Shown here in pieces: positions 37,677-46,532 of a stretch of 64,000 nt of DNA. Position 1 is the stretch's first letter. Each line of letters starts with the position of its first letter. Under the pieces are notes generated by a model, which made no database searches, was not told the DNA's origin, and saw nothing but the letters and a program-made list of their open reading frames with translations. The position numbers and the translations under genes are program-made. Source of the stretch: Candidatus Eiseniibacteriota bacterium (GTDB lineage: Bacteria; Eisenbacteria; RBG-16-71-46; JABDJR01); assembly GCA_963783375.1 (NCBI GenBank), contig CAWANH010000003.1, forward strand, positions 1 through 64,000, given 5' to 3'.

Positions 37677-40295
37677 CTAGAAGGAATAGTCCAACTGAAA
37701 CCGATAGGCGCTCTGGTCACCCCGCGCGTTGGTGGCGTCCGGAGTGGGGTTCACGAGCGCCCCGTTGTTCCGGATGTCCACGTAGGTGCGCGCGAGCTGA
37801 TGGTCGGTGGTCCACTTGAACCGCCAGGAAACCTTGGGCGACAGGCGGCTCCTCACCATGAACCAGTTCCGGAAGCCGTTTCCGTCGACCACGATGAACT
37901 CGTTGTCCTCGAAGTTGTAGAGAAAGCCGTCGTAGACCTCGGTGGAGACCGTCGCGGTCAGATAGTCGCTGAAGTTGTGGCTCAAGGAGGCCTGCAGGGC
38001 CTTGGCCGGGATCCCCCGGGATCCCACCAGGTTCCCGTACACGCTCCCGCCCCCGGGGGCGCCGGAGAGGCGTGGACGGACCGCGAACTGCACGTTGGAG
38101 GTCGAGTACAGGAAGCTCATCCGGTCGTAGTCGGAGAGGTTGACCCGCATCTCGATCCGGCTGTCCCAGGACTTGAAATTCCGGAAGTCGTCCGGCCGCT
38201 GCTCGTGCCGGCTGGAGATCCGGTGGCGGATCCGGAAGCGAACCGGGAACACCGGCTGATATTCCGCCCGGACGGTGATCCGCTGCTCGTCGGCGCCGTC
38301 CGCCTTCCGGGTCCAGGTGTCGTACTCCAGGCCGGTCAGGGTAAACTGGCGGGAGAACTGGTACCGGGTGGTGAAGAACCAGCCCCGCTCCGCCTTCGGC
38401 TGGGGCTCACCTCTGGCCATCTCGGCCCAGTAGGGGTTGTTGAGCCGGTACGGGTTCCCGTCCAGGATGGTCTGCTGGTAGCGGCCGTTCTCGGAGAAGG
38501 CGCGGTTGTACGGGTTGTCGTAGCCGACGTCGTAGTCCCGGTAGAGGGCCAGGAAGTTGAAGTTCTCATACTGGACGTACGCGTTGGCGGTGAACGCCTC
38601 GGGACCCTTGGAGAAGATCCGGCTCAGGGCGTCGTTCTTGTCCGAGGTCTCGAGCTTTCCGTACTCCCCGGCCAGGGACACGTTCTTGAACACCGACTGG
38701 CCTTCGAGCCCCCAGATCCGGCGGTAGTTGCCCAGATCCATGCTGTTGTATCGCTGGGTGATCTCGGCGTCCCGGTCCTCCTGGCGGCGCAGGGGATCGA
38801 TGATCAGGGTGGTGGGATCCGGATTCCAGCGGTCGGCGCCGGGGGTGGAGTACGCGTTGTTGTGATACCGCATGTCCACCCCGGTCACTCCGAGAAAAGT
38901 GCCGGGCAGAAACTGGTACTTGAAGTTTCCGCCGACGATCTGCTCCTCCATCACGTCGCGCATGGGCTGGTAGTAGGAGCTGTCGCTGGCCCCCACCAGC
39001 GTTCCGTTACGGATGTCCTCCCGGATCCCGGCGTAGAGGTCGTTGTCGAACCGGGGAACCGCGGTGAAGTAGGAGTTGAAGGAGTGGTCGGGGTTCAGGA
39101 TGGCGTCCTTGTCGTCGTGGGAGTAGAACAAGGTGCCGCGGACGTTCCCCAGGCTCGCCTCCGCCGCCACCCCCTTCAGGGTGTACTCGTCGCTCCGGGA
39201 GAAGTCCCCCCGGAGCCCCAGCGACCGCACGTTGTAGCCGTAGCCGGTCCGCCGGGGGAGGTAGAAGTCGGTGGCGTCCATGACCAGCCCCTGGCCGAAT
39301 GCCACGGTGTAGTTCCCGACCACCGCGCTGTGGAGCTTGAACTTGCCGAGCGGCGTGTCCTTCTCCGGCAGCTCCTGGGCCTCGACGTAGGCCTTCGCCG
39401 TTTCGTCCCACTTCTCCTCGCCCAGATTCCGATGGGTGAGGACGCCGCCCCTCAGGTACCGGCCGTAGCGAAGATGGAGCTTGTTCGTCATGTAGGGACG
39501 CCAGGTCCCGATCGCCGCCCTCCCCCAGTAGGTGTTGGTGTCGAAATCCTTGGGGGTGGGCGCGATGATCTCGGTCAGGTTGTCCAGGTCGTCGAGGGAG
39601 TAGGGGGTGTTGTAGACCCGGAACTGGTAGTACCCGGTCAGCCGGTTCGGCCCGGTGGGCTCCTCGTAGCGCACGAAATCCCGTAGGTTCCGGTACCCCC
39701 AGTAGGTGATGCCGTTGGCCGAGCGGAGCTGTCGCTGATTCTCGATCCGGCCCGCCATCTTCCGTTCCTTCAGCACCGCCACCGCGTCCACCGGGGAGAC
39801 GTTCTGGAAGGAGACCAGATCGAAGTAGTTCATGCGGTTGATGTTCTGGGGGAACTTGAGCCGGTCGACGTACTGGTCGACCAGACCTTCGCTGGCCCCC
39901 TCTTCGGACAGGAACCGCTGGACGACGTAGTAGCGCTCCTGGGCGCGCCGCTCCTCTTCGCGCAGCTCCTCCCGCTCCAGCTCGAACACCGGGGTGATGT
40001 GGATCAGGGGCCGGATCTTCCCGAGAAGCTCCGGGGTCATGCCCGGGACCTCCATGAGGTCGTAGATGCTCCCGAAGTAGGCCCGATAGGTACGGTAGTG
40101 GAAGATCGCCTCCGCGACGTCGCCCGGTATGGGGAGAGCCTTGATCTGGTCCAGGCTGGCCCGGTTCAGATCGAGCTGGTTCTCCTGGGAGTAGGACGTC
40201 GCCGACCCGGCCGGCGGCTGGGCCCCGGCGCTGGCCGCGGCCCCGAGCCCCAGCAAGAGGGCGAGGAGGACGATCCCTCGGCGCTTGATCAACAC
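37677..40295 (-). CDS. Outer-membrane beta-barrel protein with two N-terminal ComEA-type helix-hairpin-helix domains
   Basis: Signal peptide; LDLNRASLDQIKALPI...AEAIFHYR...FGSIYDLMEVPGM; second NINRMNYFDL...VDAVAVLKER...QLRSANGI; GNYTVAFGQGLV; aromatic-rich strands; C-terminal FQLDYSF. Confidence 0.82.
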   Translation of the reverse strand: MLIKRRGIVLLALLLGLGAAASAGAQPPAGSATSYSQENQLDLNRASLDQIKALPIPGDVAEAIFHYRTYRAYFGSIYDLMEVPGMTPELLGKIRPLIHITPVFELEREELREEERRAQERYYVVQRFLSEEGASEGLVDQYVDRLKFPQNINRMNYFDLVSFQNVSPVDAVAVLKERKMAGRIENQRQLRSANGITYWGYRNLRDFVRYEEPTGPNRLTGYYQFRVYNTPYSLDDLDNLTEIIAPTPKDFDTNTYWGRAAIGTWRPYMTNKLHLRYGRYLRGGVLTHRNLGEEKWDETAKAYVEAQELPEKDTPLGKFKLHSAVVGNYTVAFGQGLVMDATDFYLPRRTGYGYNVRSLGLRGDFSRSDEYTLKGVAAEASLGNVRGTLFYSHDDKDAILNPDHSFNSYFTAVPRFDNDLYAGIREDIRNGTLVGASDSSYYQPMRDVMEEQIVGGNFKYQFLPGTFLGVTGVDMRYHNNAYSTPGADRWNPDPTTLIIDPLRRQEDRDAEITQRYNSMDLGNYRRIWGLEGQSVFKNVSLAGEYGKLETSDKNDALSRIFSKGPEAFTANAYVQYENFNFLALYRDYDVGYDNPYNRAFSENGRYQQTILDGNPYRLNNPYWAEMARGEPQPKAERGWFFTTRYQFSRQFTLTGLEYDTWTRKADGADEQRITVRAEYQPVFPVRFRIRHRISSRHEQRPDDFRNFKSWDSRIEMRVNLSDYDRMSFLYSTSNVQFAVRPRLSGAPGGGSVYGNLVGSRGIPAKALQASLSHNFSDYLTATVSTEVYDGFLYNFEDNEFIVVDGNGFRNWFMVRSRLSPKVSWRFKWTTDHQLARTYVDIRNNGALVNPTPDATNARGDQSAYRFQLDYSF

Positions 40296-40304
40296 GGCTG
40301 CCTC

Positions 40305-41207
40305 CTACTTCCCGGACGGAAGGACGTAGCTGATTCCGAACTGGTGGGTGGTGTCCAGGGTGCCTCCCCCGGTGGAGAAGGCGTAGTCCAGGCTGATCCC
40401 GTAATGGTTGATTCCCACCCCGGCGGTGAAGACGTTGGGCGAGGTGCGGAGACCGGCCCGGAGCCTCAGGAACTCGGTCACCTCGAACTCGGTGCCCGCC
40501 CGGTACTGGAGCGCGTCGCCCAGCTGGTTGGTGATGTCCAGAACCGTGGTCACCCCGGCGTAGGGACTGTAGGCCACCCCCGCCCCGATCTGTCGGAGCA
40601 GTTCTTCGTGGTCGATCTTGCCGATCGACGGGTTGTTGATGTTGTGGGCGTAGAACCCGACCCGGGTCCGCTCGTGGACCACGGCCTGGGCGGAGAGGTT
40701 CACCCCCACCGTGGTCGCGCTCCCCGGATCCATCCCGGTCACCGATGTGCCGTAGTCCAGCGAGTAGAGGTTCACCGACCAACCCGCGCTCACCGTGCTC
40801 TGCATGTCCTGGAGGAGCTGGAAGCCGTGAGCGAGGGAGACCGTGGTCTCGCCGGTCAGGCTCTCTCCCAGGTACTCCACCGCGAAACGACGGATCCCGA
40901 TTCCCACTCCGCCCCAGCGGCCGATCGGGGCGATCCCCGAGACCACGCTCTGGCTCGAGAAGTCGTACCCGAAGGGACGGGTATAGGAGCCCGCTCCGCG
41001 AATGTCACCGGCCCAGGCCAGGGCGGCCGGGTTGTGGAACGCGGAATAGGCGTCGGGGCCCATGGCCACGAAGGACATCCCCATGCCCCGCGACCTCGGC
41101 GAGACCTCCACGTCGTCGAAGGCCGCGGAAGCGACCCCCGCCAGGCCCGCGCAGAGGGCAACAACTGCAATCAGGATCAGACCCTTCTGGCATTTCGTCC
41201 TTGGCAT
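40305..41207 (-). CDS. PorV/PorP-like small outer-membrane beta-barrel
   Basis: Signal peptide, SPRSRGMG...AFHNPAAL, NINNP, LRAG, LDYAF...THQFGISY. Confidence 0.8.
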   Translation of the reverse strand: MPRTKCQKGLILIAVVALCAGLAGVASAAFDDVEVSPRSRGMGMSFVAMGPDAYSAFHNPAALAWAGDIRGAGSYTRPFGYDFSSQSVVSGIAPIGRWGGVGIGIRRFAVEYLGESLTGETTVSLAHGFQLLQDMQSTVSAGWSVNLYSLDYGTSVTGMDPGSATTVGVNLSAQAVVHERTRVGFYAHNINNPSIGKIDHEELLRQIGAGVAYSPYAGVTTVLDITNQLGDALQYRAGTEFEVTEFLRLRAGLRTSPNVFTAGVGINHYGISLDYAFSTGGGTLDTTHQFGISYVLPSGK

Positions 41208-41216
41208 GACGCCTCC

Positions 41217-44200
41217 CTAATCCAACCGGACCGCTACCACGATGGGCGCCTGATCCTTGGTCACGTTGCCGTTCAAATCCGTGGTCATCAGATGGCAGAT
41301 GTACATCCCCGCGGGGACGAGTTCGTAGGTCTCGTCGCGTCCGTCCCAGCTCAGGGTCTTGGCGTAGGTCCCGCTGCCGGTGAAGTTCTCCTCGAGGAGC
41401 ACCTTCACCAGGCGGCCCTGGAGGTCGAAGACCCGGACGATGATCTTCCCCTGGGGCTCGATGGGGACGTTGATCTTGATATCGATGCGCTCGTTGGTGT
41501 TCTTGATCAGGGTCCGGGCCGGGATGACCAGGCGCCCCGTCCGCTCCACCTTCGCCGCGGTCAGAAAGCTGACCGTGGAATTGGCGGCGATGACGTTCCC
41601 GGCCAGGTCCTGGACGTTGTTGACCCGGACGATGTACGGGGTGTCCGCCTCGAGCGTTCCGCTCAGGGTCAGGGTCACCGTGGCCGCGGATACCGATGCG
41701 GAGACCACGGAGATCCCGGCCGACGGGTCCCCGGAGGGATAGACTTCGTAGTTGGAGGCGACGTTGGCCCCGGTCCCCACACCCTCGCTGAAGTTGACGG
41801 TGACCCGGTTGGATCCGGCGGAACCCGAGGCCGAGCTCATGACCGGCGGGGTGGTGTCCCCCGGCCCGCCCCCCTTGGAGAAGTCGTCGGCGTTCCCCAC
41901 GTTGATCTGGAAGGTGCTCTGGTACGCGCCCCCCGCCCCGGCGCCGGTCACCAGGTCGCCGGCCTTGAAGTCGGCGGCGTTGATCCCGGTGCTGTTCCGC
42001 ACCCGGAAGCTGATCCCCTGGGCGTCGTAGTTGTAGTTGCTGGCACCCGACGCCACCGGGGCCGAGACCAGGGCGGCGGTGGTCTGGATGTAGGTTCCCT
42101 CCCACTGGGGGTTCGCGGCCTGGGCCACGGAAAGCACCTTGGGCGCCAGCCGGGGCTGGTTGCTGGCCACCACGCTCACCGGGGACGGATTGAGGAGCTC
42201 CAGGGTGGTGAAGTACAGGGTATCCGCGCCGGTCACCTGGATCACGCTCCCCCGGCTCGCATAGGCGCTGACGAAGCTCCCGCCGAAGACGTTGAGCCCC
42301 CGGGCCGAGCCGTCCTGGATGTAGATGTTCGGCAGGCCGCTGGGCACGGGGATGTAGACCTGGCCGATCACCGTCACCTTGCGGCCGTTCCCGGGCGAGG
42401 TGGCGAACACGTCGGCGATGTTCATGACCGTGGCCGAGCTGGTCTGGAACGAGGCCGACCCGCCGCTCAGGGTCCCGCCGGCCTGGGCGTTCACCCCGCT
42501 CACCGTCACCGAATAGCCGGCGCTCTGGGGGAGCGGCGCCGCGGTCTTGAGCACCACCGTCTGGCCGTTCTCCTGGACGTAGGCCGACGAGAGGCTCAGG
42601 GAGGGCGTGAAGCTGTAGTTCGAGGTCTGGACCGCCTGGGCCAGGTTCACCTTGGCCGAGAACGTCACCGCCACGTAGTCCTTCCCGAACTGGAAGGCGT
42701 CGTTCACGGTGAAGTCCCCCCCTCCTCCGCCGGAGGTGAAGCTCACCGTCGAGTTGGCGAGGATGGCGTTCCCGGCCGCGTCCTGGACGTTCGACACCCG
42801 CACCGTGTACGAGGTCGAGGCGGCCAGGCTCGCGCCCAGGGTCAGGGTGACCGTCGATCCCGAGGCCGAGGCCGAGGTCACGGCCAGGGTGGCCGACGGG
42901 TTCGACGCCGGATAGACGCTGTAGTTGGAGGCGGTCGAGGCCCCGGCGGCCACCGCCTCGCTGAAGCTCACCGTCACCTGGCTGGCGCCGGAGGCGCCCG
43001 AGGCGCTCAGCAGGGTCGGCGGGGTGGTATCGGTCCCGGTCGCCTTGTAGAAGTCGGCCGCGTTCCCGACGTTGATCTGGAAGGTCTCCTGGAACGCGCC
43101 TCCCGCCCCCGCCCCGGTCACCGAGTCCCCGACGTGGTAGAGGCCGGTGTCGATCCCGGTCAGGTTCCGGGTGCGGAAGGTGATCCCCTGGGCGTCGATG
43201 TTGTAGGCGTAGCTTCCCGAGGCCACCGGCGCCGCGGTGATGGTGGAGGTGGTCTGGATGTAGGTCCCCTCCCACTGGGGGTTCGCGGCCTGGGCCACCG
43301 AAAGCACCTTGGGACCGAGCTTCGGCACCCCGGTGGCCACCGGGGTGGAACTCACGTTCACCAGCTCCACGGTGGTGAAGTAGGTGTCCACGGTGGCGGT
43401 CACCAGGCCCACGTCACCGATCGCATCGATGGCGGCCTGGGCGCCGGACCGGTCGAAGACATTGATCCCCCGGCCGGTTCCGTCCTGGATCCAGCCGCTG
43501 TAGTGACTCCCTTCGGCCAGCACCGGGATGAAGGCCTGCCCGATGACGTTGACCGAGGTGCCCTTGTAGCTGGCCAGATTGCTCTGGATCTGGTCGATCC
43601 CGATCACCTGCTTGTTGACGGTGGTGAAGGAGGTCGGCCCGCCGGACTGGAGGGCGGAGCCGCCCGCGCTGGTCACTCCCGATACCGCCACGGTGTAGCT
43701 CGTCGAGAGGGGCAGATTGGAGGCGGTCTTCAGGATCGCCGTCCTCCCGTTGTCCTGCACGGTCACGCTCTGGATGGTGACCGCAGGGGTCAGGGAATAG
43801 TTCGAGGCCACCGCGGCCTGGCTCGTGTTCACCAGGTCGCTGAAGGCCACCGCCACCTGGGCGGGGCCGAACTGGTAGAGGGCGGCCACCTGGAAGGTGC
43901 CGCCGCTCCCGCCTCCGGTGGTGAAGCTCGTCGTCGAGTTGGCCGCGATCAGATTCCCGGCCACATCCTGGACATTGGACACCTTCACCGTGTACGGGGT
44001 GGAGGCGGCCAGGCTCGAGCCCAGGGTGAGGGTCACCGTGGCCCCCGACACCGAAGCCGAGGAGACCCCGATCGTCGATGAGGGGCTGGACGTCGGGTAC
44101 ACGCTGTAGTTGGACGCGGTGGAGGCCCCGGCCGCCACCGTTTCCGAGAAGGTCACGTTCACCGTGCTCGATCCCGCGGTTCCCGAAGCCCCGACGAGGG

Positions 44201-46268
44201 TCGGCGCGGTGTTGTCCACCCCGCTCCCCTTCATGAAGTCGTCGGCGTTCCCCACGTTGATCTGGAACGTGGTCTGGTACGCCCCGCCCGCTCCCCCGCC
44301 GGTCACCGTGTCGCCGACGTTGTAGCTGGCCGCGTTGATCCCGGTGCTGTTCCGCACCCGGAAGGTGATCCCCTGGGCATCGTAGTTGTAGTTGCTGGCC
44401 CCGGAGGCCACCGGCGCCGCGGTCAGGGTCGAGGTGGTCTGGATGTAGGTCCCTTCCCACTGGGAGTTCGCGGCCTGGGAAACCGTGAGGACCTTGGGAG
44501 CCAGGTTGGGCTGCCCGCTGGCCACCGTGCTCACCGAGGTCGGGTTCTCGATCTCCAGGGTGGTGAAGTAGAACGTGCCCAACCCGGTGACCTCGATCAC
44601 GTTTCCCCGGCTCGCATAGGCCGGCTCCAGGTTCCCGCCGAAGACGTTCAGTCCCCGCGCGGAGCCGTCCTGGATGTAGATGCTCGGGGTGCCGCTGGTG
44701 ACGGGGATGAAGATCTGGCCGATCACGGTTACCGTCTGGTCGCCGCCGGAAATGGTGGTGTGGACGTCGGCGATGTTCATGACGGTGGCCGCGCTGGTCT
44801 GGAACGAGGCCGCGCCGCCGTTCAGGGTCTCACCGCTCGCCCCTCCCACCCCGGTCACCGTCACCGCATAGCTCGTGCTCTTGGGGAGCGCGGCCGCGGT
44901 CTTGAGCACCACCGTCCGGCCGTTCTCCTGAACGTAGGCCGACGAAACGGTCAGGGACGGGGTGAAGCTGTAGTTCGAGACTGCAACCGCCTGGGCCGCG
45001 TTCACCTTGGCCGAGAAGGCCACCGCCACGTAGTCCTTCCCGAACTGGAAGGCCCCGGTCACGCTCAGGCCCCCGCCGCTTCCCCCACCGGTGGTGAAAC
45101 CCACGGTGGAGTTGGCGGCGATCGCGTTTCCGGCCACGTCCTGGACGTTGGAAACCTTCACCGTGTACGAGGTTGAGGAGGTGAGGGCAGAGGCCAGGGT
45201 GAGGGTCACCAGCGCCCCGGATCCCGAGGCCGCCGACGCCGAGCTCACCGCGATGGTGGCCGAGGGATTGGCGGTCGGGTACACCGAATAGTTCGCCGCG
45301 GTCTCCGCGCCGGTTCCCACCGGCTCGGAGAAGGTCACGCTGATCGTGCTCGAGGCGGCGGTCCCCGAAGCTCCGACGAGGGTCGGCGGCGTGGTGTCCG
45401 CTCCGCCGCCGCCGGGCGGCGTCCCGTCGGTGTTGTCGGTGAAGGTGACGGAGAGGTTCTCGCTGGTCTCGTCGCGGCCGTTCACGCCGTTGCCGCCGCT
45501 GGTCTTCTGGGTTCCCTCGGAGTTGTCGACCCGGATCAGGGTTCCGGTGGGGTTCCCGAAGGGGGCCGTCGCGTCCTGGGCGGAGATCGCGGTGTCCGGC
45601 TGGTACATGGTCGGAGTGGAGTCGGCGTCGGGGCCGTCGATGGAGACCCCGGTCTTGTCCACCGCCTCGTCCTTGTCCCCCCAGACCACGTAGTCGATAT
45701 CGGTCACCAGGTCCGTCTGCCCGTCCCAGTAGAAGAGGACCACGATCTCGCCGGTGTTGGTGAGACTCGGGTTGGTAGTCGAGTTGATCGAACCCGGGCG
45801 GGCGTCCCGCATGTCGGGGATCGCGTCGGAGCTGGTCCCGTCCTCATAGAGCTCGTAGGTGGGCTGGACCCCGTAGGTGCCGAAGAACCCGTCGCTCCCG
45901 TCGACCGCGATCGAGGCCTCGGCTCCCGGGGCCAGGGTCGCCCCGGCCGGGAAACGAGCCACGAAGTCGGTGAAGTTGCCGCCCGCGATGTCCTTGGAGG
46001 GATCGGGGAGGTTGTAGTAGTACTGGCTCAATGGAGCGTAGGTGGCGTCGGTCAGGTAGTAGTCCGACAGATCCACCGTGGAGCTTCCCGGGTTCTTGAT
46101 CACGATGTACTCACCCGGAGTGGTCGGGCCGCCTCCGCGAACCTCGACCTGGCTGATCAGGAGCTTGGCGGGTGTCTGGGCGGAGGCGGGAAGCGGAAAC
46201 TGGAGGAAGGCGACGATCACGAGGGCGGCGGCGGCGATGCCCGCCGCGTTCCGTGCACGGTTCAACAT
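41217..46268 (-). CDS. Large secreted surface protein: lamin-tail domain, 3x(Ig-Ig-OB-OB) repeats, extra Ig, FlgD-type C-terminal domain
   Basis: Signal peptide; LLISQV...GEYIVIKNP...VDLSDYYLTD (LTD); DTTPPTL...VTFSE...ASNYSV...VQDVAGN (Ig-like); IYIQDG..RG(L/I)NVF and WEGTYI...GDTVTG (OB-like); VRVFDLQGRLV...WDGRD...PAGMY. Confidence 0.85.
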   Translation of the reverse strand: MLNRARNAAGIAAAALVIVAFLQFPLPASAQTPAKLLISQVEVRGGGPTTPGEYIVIKNPGSSTVDLSDYYLTDATYAPLSQYYYNLPDPSKDIAGGNFTDFVARFPAGATLAPGAEASIAVDGSDGFFGTYGVQPTYELYEDGTSSDAIPDMRDARPGSINSTTNPSLTNTGEIVVLFYWDGQTDLVTDIDYVVWGDKDEAVDKTGVSIDGPDADSTPTMYQPDTAISAQDATAPFGNPTGTLIRVDNSEGTQKTSGGNGVNGRDETSENLSVTFTDNTDGTPPGGGGADTTPPTLVGASGTAASSTISVTFSEPVGTGAETAANYSVYPTANPSATIAVSSASAASGSGALVTLTLASALTSSTSYTVKVSNVQDVAGNAIAANSTVGFTTGGGSGGGLSVTGAFQFGKDYVAVAFSAKVNAAQAVAVSNYSFTPSLTVSSAYVQENGRTVVLKTAAALPKSTSYAVTVTGVGGASGETLNGGAASFQTSAATVMNIADVHTTISGGDQTVTVIGQIFIPVTSGTPSIYIQDGSARGLNVFGGNLEPAYASRGNVIEVTGLGTFYFTTLEIENPTSVSTVASGQPNLAPKVLTVSQAANSQWEGTYIQTTSTLTAAPVASGASNYNYDAQGITFRVRNSTGINAASYNVGDTVTGGGAGGAYQTTFQINVGNADDFMKGSGVDNTAPTLVGASGTAGSSTVNVTFSETVAAGASTASNYSVYPTSSPSSTIGVSSASVSGATVTLTLGSSLAASTPYTVKVSNVQDVAGNLIAANSTTSFTTGGGSGGTFQVAALYQFGPAQVAVAFSDLVNTSQAAVASNYSLTPAVTIQSVTVQDNGRTAILKTASNLPLSTSYTVAVSGVTSAGGSALQSGGPTSFTTVNKQVIGIDQIQSNLASYKGTSVNVIGQAFIPVLAEGSHYSGWIQDGTGRGINVFDRSGAQAAIDAIGDVGLVTATVDTYFTTVELVNVSSTPVATGVPKLGPKVLSVAQAANPQWEGTYIQTTSTITAAPVASGSYAYNIDAQGITFRTRNLTGIDTGLYHVGDSVTGAGAGGAFQETFQINVGNAADFYKATGTDTTPPTLLSASGASGASQVTVSFSEAVAAGASTASNYSVYPASNPSATLAVTSASASGSTVTLTLGASLAASTSYTVRVSNVQDAAGNAILANSTVSFTSGGGGGDFTVNDAFQFGKDYVAVTFSAKVNLAQAVQTSNYSFTPSLSLSSAYVQENGQTVVLKTAAPLPQSAGYSVTVSGVNAQAGGTLSGGSASFQTSSATVMNIADVFATSPGNGRKVTVIGQVYIPVPSGLPNIYIQDGSARGLNVFGGSFVSAYASRGSVIQVTGADTLYFTTLELLNPSPVSVVASNQPRLAPKVLSVAQAANPQWEGTYIQTTAALVSAPVASGASNYNYDAQGISFRVRNSTGINAADFKAGDLVTGAGAGGAYQSTFQINVGNADDFSKGGGPGDTTPPVMSSASGSAGSNRVTVNFSEGVGTGANVASNYEVYPSGDPSAGISVVSASVSAATVTLTLSGTLEADTPYIVRVNNVQDLAGNVIAANSTVSFLTAAKVERTGRLVIPARTLIKNTNERIDIKINVPIEPQGKIIVRVFDLQGRLVKVLLEENFTGSGTYAKTLSWDGRDETYELVPAGMYICHLMTTDLNGNVTKDQAPIVVAVRLD
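41560..45398 (-). repeat. Intragenic tandem repeat, ~1.18 kb unit x3 plus a partial fourth unit
   Basis: Unit starts (DTTPP/DNTAP) at 45398, 44216, 43031 and 41858, spacing 1182/1185/1173 bp, with near-identical blocks such as QWEGTYIQTT and TFQINVGNA. Confidence 0.92.
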
Positions 46269-46503
46269 TGGACGGGACCTTTCTCCTTCACGGAGTCGGC
46301 TGGCAACCGACCGGAGGGACCCGGTCGGTCGTTCGGCGGGTGGAGCCGGCCTCGAACTGCTATCGCCTTACCCCCCACGTTACCAATCCGGCCGGCATCA
46401 CGGTTTTGAGACCAGACGCTCGCTGGGCGCGAAGCGACGAGTCGGACAAAACGTACTCCCCTCCCGTCGTCGATCCGAACGGCGGGTGTGGGGTTAGCCG
46501 CGC

Positions 46504-46532
46504 AGTCTAACCCCCGCCTCCGGGAATTTCCA
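46504..46532 (-). promoter_or_regulatory. Candidate sigma70-type promoter for the surface-protein/barrel operon
   Basis: TGGAAA-17 nt-TAGACT on the minus strand, overlapping the AT-rich 3' end and stop of the upstream gene. Confidence 0.35.

Noticed and set aside
41560-45398. Long direct repeats as a possible CRISPR array or mobile element
   Set aside because: The units are ~1.18 kb, in frame and diverged at synonymous sites, so they are protein domain duplications. No spacers, cas or transposase genes.
34507-46509. Six consecutive genes end in TAG, and 46268-41217, 41207-40305 and 40295-37677 are in one frame separated by TAG plus 9 nt, suggesting amber read-through or recoding
   Set aside because: Each downstream gene has its own RBS (overlapping or adjacent to the TAG, which explains the spacing) and its own signal peptide. 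Two barrels end in a canonical terminal Phe at the TAG. No in-frame TAG interrupts conserved genes.
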